Both the position numbers and the translations under genes were made by a program. This document shows positions 48,377 to 56,163 of a stretch of DNA of 64,000 nt, in pieces. Numbering within the stretch: position 1 is the first letter of the stretch; the number at the start of each line of letters is the position of its first letter. The stretch comes from Burkholderiales bacterium. Its GTDB lineage: Bacteria; Pseudomonadota; Gammaproteobacteria; Burkholderiales; Eutrophovitaceae. The DNA is taken from assembly GCA_035560005.1 (NCBI GenBank), contig DATMAN010000101.1, positions 37,818 through 101,817 on the forward strand, read 5' to 3'. The notes beneath the pieces were generated by a model that saw nothing but the letters and a program-made list of their open reading frames with translations, was not told the DNA's origin and did no database searches.

Positions 48377-49761
48377 GAATCCTGGAGGCGAAAGACGATC
48401 GGCACCGTGACGGTGAGCTCCCGACCGCGCAGCCCTTCCGGGGCCTGCGGGAGCGGAGTGGCCCGACGCACCATTTCCATCGCCTCTCTGTCCAGCACCT
48501 CACGACCGGAACTCTTGGCGAGCGCGATCTCGGTCACCCTTCCGTCTGCCGCGATTCTCAACTGAACTTCCGTGGTGCCCTCCCAACCGCGGCGCTGGGC
48601 GATGACCGGGTACTTCTGATAGCGCTTGATCTGGGTGGACAGTTGCTGGCTGTACGCCACCGTCAATTCGCGCGGGATCGATCGAGACGGCACTGCCTTC
48701 GGTACCGGCGGCGCAGGGGCCGGGACGACGGGTCCTGGTCTGGGCGCAGGAGGCGAGACCGTCGGCAGGGTCGGCGTTGCCGGAACGGGCGACGACAGCG
48801 TCGGCTCCGCCGTCCGCGGGCGCACAACGGGCATCGGCGCCGGGAGGGTGGGGGGTGTGGCAGCGGCGACGTTCACCGCTGGCGGAGCAGGCCGCTCGAT
48901 GCTCGGCTCCACGCGCGCCGGCAACTGAGACAGCGGCTGCGGTTCGGACCGCGTGGCGAGCGGCGCGAGGCGGGGCGCGGGCTGCGCCGGCGGTTGTACG
49001 ACCGGGGTGACGTTGACCGCCGGCGGAGCAGGCCGCTCGATGCTCGGCTCCACGCGGGGGGGCAACTGCGCAACGGGCCGCGGTTCGGTCCGCTCCACGG
49101 CCGGCGCCGGCCGTGGAGCCGGTTGAGGTGGTGCCAAGTCGCGGACGACAGGTGCCACCGGCTGCGGCTGTGGGTCGACTCGCGCCGTAGGCTGGGCAAC
49201 CGGGGGAGGCTCGAGCCGAGCGCCCGGAGGCGGCGGAAGGACAGCCGCCGGCGCTGGAGGGATGGGCTGGGGCTGCTCAGGCAGGGCGACGCGCTGTTCC
49301 GGTTGAGGTTCGGGGCGAGCGCTGACGAGGGGCTCGGGCGACGGTGGTACTGCACGCGGAGGTGACGGGGTCAGCTCGGCCCGAGTCGGGGCCGGCAGCT
49401 CTGGGTCAGGCGGCGCAAGCACGGGCTGCGGCTGCTCGATCACGGGCTCCGGACGCGAAATCAGCGGTTCGATCGGGCGCGGCTCAGGCGCAACGACGGC
49501 TGGCTGTCTGAGCGGCTCGGGAACCGGTTGCGGCGCTGGCCGCTGCTCCCGCCGCACGGGTTGCTCCCGGGGGATCAGCTCGACGCTCAGGACCTTCGGG
49601 GGCGGCTCGATGCGGACCGAGCGGAACCCGGGGACCACAGCGATCAGCAGCGCGTGGATCAGGACGGAGGCAGCTAGCGCGACCTGGAACGGTCGCTCCC
49701 GATACCACTGGCCAAACGGATCGGGGAGAAACAAGCCCCTGTCGAGCGCCACGTCAGACAT
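48373..49761 (-). CDS. tonB: TonB-family energy transducer with unusually long proline-rich spacer
   Basis: N-terminal TM helix (VALAASVLIHALLIAVVP), a ~330-aa Pro-rich region, and a C-terminal TonB_C domain (YPVIAQRRGWEGTTEVQLRIAADGRV...). ATG 49761 is preferred over the track's TTG 49779. Confidence 0.85.
   Translation of the reverse strand: MSDVALDRGLFLPDPFGQWYRERPFQVALAASVLIHALLIAVVPGFRSVRIEPPPKVLSVELIPREQPVRREQRPAPQPVPEPLRQPAVVAPEPRPIEPLISRPEPVIEQPQPVLAPPDPELPAPTRAELTPSPPRAVPPSPEPLVSARPEPQPEQRVALPEQPQPIPPAPAAVLPPPPGARLEPPPVAQPTARVDPQPQPVAPVVRDLAPPQPAPRPAPAVERTEPRPVAQLPPRVEPSIERPAPPAVNVTPVVQPPAQPAPRLAPLATRSEPQPLSQLPARVEPSIERPAPPAVNVAAATPPTLPAPMPVVRPRTAEPTLSSPVPATPTLPTVSPPAPRPGPVVPAPAPPVPKAVPSRSIPRELTVAYSQQLSTQIKRYQKYPVIAQRRGWEGTTEVQLRIAADGRVTEIALAKSSGREVLDREAMEMVRRATPLPQAPEGLRGRELTVTVPIVFRLQDS
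48868..49094. repeat. Imperfect tandem duplication (141-nt period) inside the tonB spacer
   Basis: An identical 35-nt core GGCGGAGCAGGCCGCTCGATGCTCGGCTCCACGCG occurs at 48881..48915 and 49022..49056. It encodes RVEPSIERPAPPAVNV twice. Confidence 0.85.
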
Positions 49762-49811
49762 GTGACTCAGCCTATGCAAGCCTTTGACGTGAGTAAAGTT
49801 TCGCGGCGAAA

Positions 49812-49828
49812 CTCATGAAAATCATGAG
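49812..49828. promoter_or_regulatory. Perfect 7-3-7 palindrome CTCATGA-aaa-TCATGAG upstream of pqqA-1
   Basis: Read directly from the sequence. It lies in the divergent tonB/pqqA-1 intergenic region, 160 nt upstream of ATG 49988. Confidence 0.55.
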
Positions 49829-49987
49829 AGGCATTTGGTGATTTTTCTGTGGGAGAAGCTTCGTTCTTTTTTTGAGAATGCCGTCGGAGCTTTCCGCGGG
49901 GGAAACTGTCTATCGCCTCGGTGGCTCTGCGGCGAGCGATCGCCGCTCGGAGAAGTCGAATGTTAATTCAACTTTCTGGAGACGCCT

Positions 49988-50059
49988 ATGTGGACCAAAC
50001 CCGAGTACAGCGAAATGCGCTTTGGCTTTGAAGTCACGATGTACATCGCCAACCGCTGA
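49988..50059 (+). CDS. pqqA: Coenzyme PQQ precursor peptide PqqA
   Basis: Hand translation [30 protein letters not shown] lies upstream, and the gene sits immediately upstream of pqqBCDE. Too short for the ORF track. Confidence 0.93.
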   Translation: MWTKPEYSEMRFGFEVTMYIANR

Positions 50060-50078
50060 TCGCGGGCGGGTAAACCGA

Positions 50079-50108
50079 CGAAAGCCCCTGTAGGGGCTTT
50101 CGTTTTTT
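50079..50108 (+). terminator. pqqA-pqqB intergenic stem-loop (attenuator/terminator)
   Basis: CGAAAGCCCC-tgta-GGGGCTTTCG followed by TTTTTT, 22 nt before the pqqB ATG. Confidence 0.8.
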
Positions 50109-50130
50109 CACCACGCCGCCGACAACAGTC

Positions 50131-51045
50131 ATGAGAATAGGAGTGCTCGGCTCAGCCGCCGGTGGGGGATTCCCCCAGTGGAACTGCAATTGCCGCAACT
50201 GCGATGGGGTCCGCAAGGGAACGATCCGCGCCCGGCCGCGCACGCAATCGTCGATCGTCCTTTCCGCCGACTCCGTCAACTGGGTGCTGTTCAACGCTTC
50301 CCCGGACCTGCTGTACCAGTTCCGCAGCTTTCCGCAGCTGCAGCCTGGACGGGCGATACGGGATACGGCAGTGCGCTCGATCGTTCTGATGGACGCGCAG
50401 ATCGACCACACCACCGGGCTGCTGATGCTGCGCGAAGGCAAGCCGCTGGAGATCTACTGCACGGACATGGCGCGCGAAGACCTCACCAGCGGCAATCCGC
50501 TGTTCAATATCCTTCAGCACTATTGCGGCGTAAACTGGCATCAGATTCCGACCTATCCGGGCAACCGTTTCGCGGTGCTGGGCGCCGAGGAGCTGTACTT
50601 CACGGCCGTGCCTCTGAAAAGCAAGGCACCGCCCTACTCCCCTCACCGCGACAACCCGCACGAGGGAGACAACATCGGCATGCGCATCTTGGACCCGCGC
50701 ACCGGAAAGGTGCTGTTCTACGCGCCGGGCCTGGGCGAAATCGAGCCGCATCTCCAGCCGTTCCTCGAGGAAGCCGACTGCCTGATGGTGGACGGGACGT
50801 TCTGGACCGACGACGAGATGATCCGGCTGGGCATTTCCGGCAAGCGCGCACGCGACATCGGACATCTTCCGCAATCGGGCCCCGGCGGCATGATCGAGGT
50901 GCTGCGCCCGCTCAAGGCGGAGCGCAAGATCCTGATCCACATCAACAACACCAATCCCATCCTGGACGAGGATTCGCAGGAGCGCCGTCAGCTCGAGGCG
51001 GCCGGAATCGAGGTTGCGTGGGATGGCATGGAAGTGGTTCTCTAG
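50131..51045 (+). CDS. pqqB: PQQ biosynthesis protein PqqB (MBL-fold)
   Basis: [24 protein letters not shown] is the canonical PqqB N-terminus. 304 aa. Confidence 0.95.
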   Translation: MRIGVLGSAAGGGFPQWNCNCRNCDGVRKGTIRARPRTQSSIVLSADSVNWVLFNASPDLLYQFRSFPQLQPGRAIRDTAVRSIVLMDAQIDHTTGLLMLREGKPLEIYCTDMAREDLTSGNPLFNILQHYCGVNWHQIPTYPGNRFAVLGAEELYFTAVPLKSKAPPYSPHRDNPHEGDNIGMRILDPRTGKVLFYAPGLGEIEPHLQPFLEEADCLMVDGTFWTDDEMIRLGISGKRARDIGHLPQSGPGGMIEVLRPLKAERKILIHINNTNPILDEDSQERRQLEAAGIEVAWDGMEVVL

Positions 51046-51074
51046 ATTTTCCGAAAGTCTGCAACGGAGCGATT

Positions 51075-51794
51075 ATGGGTGCCGCAGAGCAACTGCCTTG
51101 GAGCCGGGACGAGTTCGAACAGCAACTGCGCGCAAAAGGCAAGCGCTACCACATCTATCACCCGTTTCATATCGCCATGAACAGCGGGCAATGCACTCGC
51201 GAGCAGGTGCAGGGCTGGGTGTACAACCGCTTCTACTACCAGATCAGCATTCCGATCAAGGACGCGGCGATCCTGTCCAACATGCCGGACCGGGAGCAGC
51301 GCCGGCAGTGGATCCAGCGCATCATCGATCACGACGGCACCGAGGGCGAGGAAGGCGGCATCGAGGCGTGGCTGCGGCTCGGGGAAGCCTGCGGCTTGAA
51401 ACGCGAGGATGTGACGTCCTTGCGCTACGTACTCCCAGGCGTGCGCTTCGCTGTGGATGCCTACGTGAACTTCGCGCGGCGGGCGCCGTGGCAGGAAGCG
51501 GTGTGCTCTTCGCTCACCGAGCTGTTTGCTCCGGAAATCCACCAGAAGCGGCTCGATAACTGGCCGCAGCACTATCCCTGGATCGAAGCGGAAGGTTATG
51601 CGTACTTCCGCAAGCGGCTCTCCGAGGCGCGGCGCGACGTGGAGCACGGACTGCAGGTCACGCTCGACTATTTCCGGACGCGGCGCGATCAGGAACGCGC
51701 GCTCGATATCCTGCAGTTCAAACTGGATGTATTGTGGACGATGCTCGACGCCATGCAGATCGCCTATGGCATCGGGCCCGCGCAACGCCAATGA
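51075..51794 (+). CDS. pqqC: Pyrroloquinoline-quinone synthase PqqC
   Basis: YHIYHPFH...[10 protein letters not shown]...RIIDHDG are canonical PqqC motifs. ATG 51075 is internal to the artefactual track ORF 50178..51794. Confidence 0.95.
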   Translation: MGAAEQLPWSRDEFEQQLRAKGKRYHIYHPFHIAMNSGQCTREQVQGWVYNRFYYQISIPIKDAAILSNMPDREQRRQWIQRIIDHDGTEGEEGGIEAWLRLGEACGLKREDVTSLRYVLPGVRFAVDAYVNFARRAPWQEAVCSSLTELFAPEIHQKRLDNWPQHYPWIEAEGYAYFRKRLSEARRDVEHGLQVTLDYFRTRRDQERALDILQFKLDVLWTMLDAMQIAYGIGPAQRQ

Positions 51795-52072
51795 GTGTCA
51801 TCAGCGAAGACATGGTGCCCGTGCTGGCAAGGCACTACCGCTTCCAGTTCGAACCGGCGCAGCAAGCCTACGTCCTTCTCTACCCGGAAGGCATGGTCAA
51901 GCTCGGTGCCAGCGCGGGCGAAATCATGAAGCGGGTGAATGGCACTGCGACCGTCTCGAGCATCATCGCCGACCTGCAGGCGGCCTATCCGGGCGTCGAC
52001 CTGAGGGCCGACGTCATCGATTTCCTGGAGCATGCACATGGAAAAGGCTGGATCCACGCCAAACGGCCCTAA
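51791..52072 (+). CDS. pqqD: PQQ biosynthesis peptide chaperone PqqD
   Basis: 93 aa with a PqqD fold sequence ([37 protein letters not shown]). ATG 51791 overlaps the pqqC stop (ATGA). Confidence 0.92.
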   Translation: MSVISEDMVPVLARHYRFQFEPAQQAYVLLYPEGMVKLGASAGEIMKRVNGTATVSSIIADLQAAYPGVDLRADVIDFLEHAHGKGWIHAKRP

Positions 52073-53201
52073 GCCGCCGCTGTGGCTGCTGGCGGAACTG
52101 ACGTACCGCTGCCCGCTGCATTGCGTGTTCTGCTACAACCCGGTCGACTACGCGACCTACGGCACCGAACTGTCCACCGAGGACTGGATGCGCGTGCTCA
52201 GGCAAGGCCGCGAGCTGGGCGCGACGCAGCTTGGCTTCTCCGGCGGTGAACCGTTGATGCGCGACGACCTGGAAGCGCTGGTCGCCGAGGCGCGCAAGCT
52301 CGGCTACTACTCCAACCTCATCACCTCGGGAGTGGGCCTGAACGAAAAGCGCATCGCAGCTTTCAAGGAAGGCGGGCTCGATCACATCCAGGTCTCGTTC
52401 CAGGATTCCACCCGCGAGATGAACGACTTCCTGTCCAGCACCCGCACCTTCGAGCTGAAGCAGCGGGTCGCCAGACTGGTCAAGCGGTACGACTACCCGA
52501 TGGTGCTCAACGTCGTGCTGCACCGGCTCAACATCGACCACGTGCAGCAGATCCTGGAGATGGCCGAGCAGCTCGAAGCGGAGTACGTCGAACTCGCCAA
52601 CACGCAGTACTACGGCTGGGCGTACGTCAACCGCGACCAGCTGCTGCCCAGCCGGGAACAGTTGCAGCGCGCCGAGGAGGTGACCAACCGGTTTCGCGAA
52701 CGCGTCGGAAACAAGATGAAGATCTACTTCGTCGTGCCCGACTATTACGAAAACCGGCCCAAGGCGTGCATGAACGGCTGGGGCGCCGTGTTTCTGACCG
52801 TGACCGCAGACGGCTTGGCGCTTCCCTGCCACGAGGCCCGAATGCTGCCGGGGCTGAGTTTCCCGAATGTCCGCGAACACGATCTGCGCTGGATCTGGTA
52901 CGACTCGCCCGGATTCAACGTCTACCGTGGAGACGGCTGGATGAAGGAGCCCTGCCGCAGCTGTCCGGAAAAGGTGAAGGACTTCGGCGGCTGCAGATGT
53001 CAGGCGTATTTGCTCACCGGAGATGCCGCCAACGCCGATCCGGTCTGCGACAAATCGCCTTTCCATGGACTGGTCACCCAGGCGGTGCAGCGCGCCCAGA
53101 AGCCGGCCCCCGCGGTGTCTGTAAAACCGGTCATTCTGTATCGAGACGACAAGAACTCACGCAGCCTCGCCGGCCGCAAGGACAACGCTCCGGTCGCATG
53201 A
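52032..53201 (+). CDS. pqqE: PqqA peptide cyclase PqqE (radical SAM/SPASM)
   Basis: PLWLLAELTYRCPLHCVFCYNP radical-SAM motif and C-terminal SPASM cysteines (CRSCPEKVKDFGGCRCQAY). The start may be 52032 or 52038. Confidence 0.95.
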   Translation: MHMEKAGSTPNGPKPPLWLLAELTYRCPLHCVFCYNPVDYATYGTELSTEDWMRVLRQGRELGATQLGFSGGEPLMRDDLEALVAEARKLGYYSNLITSGVGLNEKRIAAFKEGGLDHIQVSFQDSTREMNDFLSSTRTFELKQRVARLVKRYDYPMVLNVVLHRLNIDHVQQILEMAEQLEAEYVELANTQYYGWAYVNRDQLLPSREQLQRAEEVTNRFRERVGNKMKIYFVVPDYYENRPKACMNGWGAVFLTVTADGLALPCHEARMLPGLSFPNVREHDLRWIWYDSPGFNVYRGDGWMKEPCRSCPEKVKDFGGCRCQAYLLTGDAANADPVCDKSPFHGLVTQAVQRAQKPAPAVSVKPVILYRDDKNSRSLAGRKDNAPVA

Positions 53202-54145
53202 ATGCGCCTCAGCCCGTCGACACGCGCGCCGCGATCCGCGCCCAAGGTCTGACCAAGCGCTACGGCGAGCTGCTCGCGGTAGACGGGCTCGACCTGGATA
53301 TTCCCTCGGGCCAGTTCTTCGGCCTGCTCGGTCCGAACGGCTCCGGCAAGACGACCACCATCCACATGCTCGCCACGCTGATCCGGCCCACACGCGGCAC
53401 GGCACAGGTTGCGGACTTCGACGTGGTGCGCCAGGCAACGCGCGCGCGCGAGGCCATCGGGCTGGTCTTCCAGGAATCTGCGCTGGATCGCACGCTCACC
53501 GTCGCCGAGAACCTGCGCTTCGCCGGATTCCTTCAAAACCTGCCGGCGCGCATCATCGCGGAGCGCAGCCGCGAGCTGCTCGAGCTGTTTGGTCTGGGTG
53601 AACGGCGCGACAGCCCCGTTGCCGCCTTGTCGGGTGGCATGCGCCGTGCGCTCGACATCGTGCGCGGCGTGCTGCACGAGCCCAGGATCCTGTTTCTGGA
53701 CGAACCGACCATCGGGCTCGATCTGCCCAACCGGCGCAGGATCTGGCGCTTCATCGAGCGCCTGCGCGCCCGCACCGGCATGACGGTTCTGCTCACCACT
53801 CACTACCTGGAAGAAGCCGATGGCTGCGATCGCGTGGCCTTCATCCGCGCCGGGAAACTGGTGGAGACCGGCGCGCCGTCCGAACTGGTCCAGCGCCTCG
53901 GCAGTCGCATCGTGGAGGTCGAGGCGCAGGATCTGGAAGCGCTCATGGGTTTCCTGGAACCCAGGCTCGGCCCGGGGCTGCGCGACGGGGAAATCGCCAT
54001 GTTTCGCTGCCGGGAGCAGGAGCTCCACGCGCTCGCCGGGCTGCAGGCCGATATCGGCACCAAAGCCTCGGCGTGGCGGGTGCGGCGCCCGAACCTGAAC
54101 GATGTCTTTCTCTGGGTCGCGGCGGGGAAGGCCTTGGCCCGATGA
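53198..54145 (+). CDS. ABC transporter ATP-binding protein (ABC-2/DrrA-like exporter type)
   Basis: Walker A GPNGSGKTT, signature LSGGMRRAL and Walker B ILFLDEPTIGLD. ATG 53198 overlaps the pqqE stop (ATGA). Confidence 0.9.
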   Translation: MNAPQPVDTRAAIRAQGLTKRYGELLAVDGLDLDIPSGQFFGLLGPNGSGKTTTIHMLATLIRPTRGTAQVADFDVVRQATRAREAIGLVFQESALDRTLTVAENLRFAGFLQNLPARIIAERSRELLELFGLGERRDSPVAALSGGMRRALDIVRGVLHEPRILFLDEPTIGLDLPNRRRIWRFIERLRARTGMTVLLTTHYLEEADGCDRVAFIRAGKLVETGAPSELVQRLGSRIVEVEAQDLEALMGFLEPRLGPGLRDGEIAMFRCREQELHALAGLQADIGTKASAWRVRRPNLNDVFLWVAAGKALAR

Positions 54146-54933
54146 AACTGCGGCCGGTATACGCCGTCCTCGAGCGCGAGGTCGTGCGCATGTTTCGCCA
54201 GCGGGGGCGGCTGCTGTCCGCCATGGTGCGTCCCTTGATCTGGCTGTTCGTGATCGGCGCCGGTTTCGGAGCGATCATGGATCAGGCGCGCGGAGTGCCG
54301 TATCAGTACTTTCTGGTCCCAGGGGTGCTGGGCATGACCATGTTGTTCGGCGCCATGCTTGCTGCGCTGACGACGGTCTACGACAAGGAATCCGGAGTGA
54401 TGAGAATGATGATCGTCGCGCCGCTGCCCCACGCGTGGATCGTGATCGCGAAACTGCTTTCCGCGGCGCTCGCCGGAATCGTCCAGGCGTTGCTGCTGCT
54501 CGTCGTGCTCGCGCTGCTCGGCTATCTCGAGCCCCGGACCGACTGGATTCTGCTTTCGGTCGCGCTGGTGACGACCTCGCTGGCGTGCGGAGGCATCGGC
54601 ATGCTGACCGCCTCGTTCACCCGCACGCTGGACAACTTCGCGGCAATCATGAACTTCGTGATCTTCCCGGTGTTCTTTCTGAGCGGTTCGCTCTACCCGG
54701 TGCACGATCTGCCGCAGGCGCTGCGCTGGATCGCCACCCTCAACCCCTATACCTACGGTGTCGATCTTCTGAAGCACGCCACCCTGCCGCGCGTGGCCGA
54801 CTTCGGCGCAGGATTCGATCTTGCCGTGCTGGCGGGCTTCACGCTGGCTGCGCTGGCAGCCGCGAGCTGGCGCTTCTCGCAGGAGTCGGCCTACGAGCCG
54901 ATGATCCACGTGCTCGCCGGCAGGCGCGGCTAG
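54142..54933 (+). CDS. ABC-2 type transporter permease
   Basis: 263 aa with six predicted TM helices and an ABC-2 membrane-domain pattern. ATG 54142 overlaps the ATPase stop (ATGA). Confidence 0.85.
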   Translation: MKLRPVYAVLEREVVRMFRQRGRLLSAMVRPLIWLFVIGAGFGAIMDQARGVPYQYFLVPGVLGMTMLFGAMLAALTTVYDKESGVMRMMIVAPLPHAWIVIAKLLSAALAGIVQALLLLVVLALLGYLEPRTDWILLSVALVTTSLACGGIGMLTASFTRTLDNFAAIMNFVIFPVFFLSGSLYPVHDLPQALRWIATLNPYTYGVDLLKHATLPRVADFGAGFDLAVLAGFTLAALAAASWRFSQESAYEPMIHVLAGRRG

Positions 54934-55084
54934 CACTCGGCGGGAAAAGAAAGACCGGAAGGCAGGACACGGCGGGGACGCCAACGCGCCAGGAGCCGCT
55001 TTCGTGACGTTCCTGGCGAACTTGACGCGCGATCCGCTTTTGAGGGTTTTTTGATTTCCCCCTTGTGCAGGAACAAGGGGCGAT

Positions 55085-55564
55085 TCAGTGGTGATGGCCG
55101 TGAGGGCCGTGCACGTGGCCGTGGCTCAGCTCCTCGCCGGTGGCAGCGCGAACATCCTCGACCGTGCAGAAGAAGACCAGCGACTGTCCGGCGAGCGGGT
55201 GATTGCCGTCCACGACCACCTCGTTGTCGCTCACTTCGGTCACCGTGTAGATCACGAACTCCTGCGATCCTTCCGGCGCGCCCTCGAACTGCATGCCGAC
55301 TTTCACGTTGGCGGGAAACCGGTTGCGCGGTTCGACCCGGACCAGTCGCGCGTCGTATTCTCCAAAGGCGTCCGTGGGCTCGAGCCGCACTTCGCAGCGG
55401 TCACCGGCCACCTTGCCGGCGAGCGCCGCCTCCACCCGCGGGAAGATGCCGTGATAACCGCCGTGCAGATAGCTCATCGGTTCGACTCCCCGCTCGATCA
55501 GCTTGCCGGCCGCGTCGAACAACTCGTAGCTGATGGTGACCACCGTGTCCTTTGCGATTTGCAT
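55085..55564 (-). CDS. slyD: FKBP-type peptidyl-prolyl cis-trans isomerase SlyD
   Basis: FKBP plus IF domain sequence (VVTISYELFDAAGKLIE...HPLAGQSLVFFCTVEDVR) and a His-rich tail HGHVHGPHGHHH. Confidence 0.9.
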   Translation of the reverse strand: MQIAKDTVVTISYELFDAAGKLIERGVEPMSYLHGGYHGIFPRVEAALAGKVAGDRCEVRLEPTDAFGEYDARLVRVEPRNRFPANVKVGMQFEGAPEGSQEFVIYTVTEVSDNEVVVDGNHPLAGQSLVFFCTVEDVRAATGEELSHGHVHGPHGHHH

Positions 55565-55566
55565 TT

Positions 55567-56037
55567 TCAATGAAGTCCCTTGACGAGATTGAGTACCTCC
55601 GCAGCGTGACCGCGCGGGTTCACGCCGTACAGCGCGTGCCGGATCACGCCGTTGCGGTCGATGACGAAGGTCGAGCGCACGACACATCGCTTCCTGCCCT
55701 TGCCGTTCACTTCCTTCTCCTGGAGCACGCCGTATTTGTCGCACACTTCGCCTTCGGCATCGGCCAGCAGCGTCACCGTCAAACCGTGCTTGTCCCGGAA
55801 CGACCCGTGACTGAGGCAGTCATCCATGCTCACGCCCAGAACGACGGTGTTGTGCTTCAGGAAATCGTTCTGGCGCTCGCTGAAGTCGATGGCTTCCAGC
55901 GTGCATCCCGGAGTGTCGTCCTTCGGATAAAAATACAGCACGACGTTACGCGAGCCGAGGAAGCTCGACAGGCTCACAACATTCATGTCGGCATCCGGCA
56001 GATCGAACTCGGGTGCCGGCTGCCCGGCTTTCAGCAT
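55567..56037 (-). CDS. bcp: Thioredoxin-dependent peroxiredoxin Bcp
   Basis: FYPKDDTPGCT peroxidatic Cys motif. 156 aa. Confidence 0.92.
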   Translation of the reverse strand: MLKAGQPAPEFDLPDADMNVVSLSSFLGSRNVVLYFYPKDDTPGCTLEAIDFSERQNDFLKHNTVVLGVSMDDCLSHGSFRDKHGLTVTLLADAEGEVCDKYGVLQEKEVNGKGRKRCVVRSTFVIDRNGVIRHALYGVNPRGHAAEVLNLVKGLH

Positions 56038-56163
56038 GGAACAGCTCCATCGTGGCGCAGGCCGATTCTAACCGAAATGCGTTTGCCCCCTTCCGGGCAG
56101 CACAGAAAAGACACGCGCGCCGCGGCCGCTGCGCTCGAGTGTGCGCCGCTATAATCCCGCCGC

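Noticed and set aside
49872-50093. 73-aa ORF covering pqqA-1 in another frame; likewise 44771..45082 and 44792..45001 around pqqA-2
   Set aside because: The short in-frame PqqA reading (23 aa, canonical sequence, own SD) explains the conservation. The longer ORFs are out of frame and have no recognisable features.
55044-55080. Stem-loop CCCCTTGT-gcaggaa-CAAGGGG between the ABC-2 permease and slyD as a terminator
   Set aside because: On the + strand the T-run precedes the hairpin rather than following it. On the - strand the hairpin is followed by an A-rich tract. It is therefore not a canonical intrinsic terminator in either direction and was not annotated.
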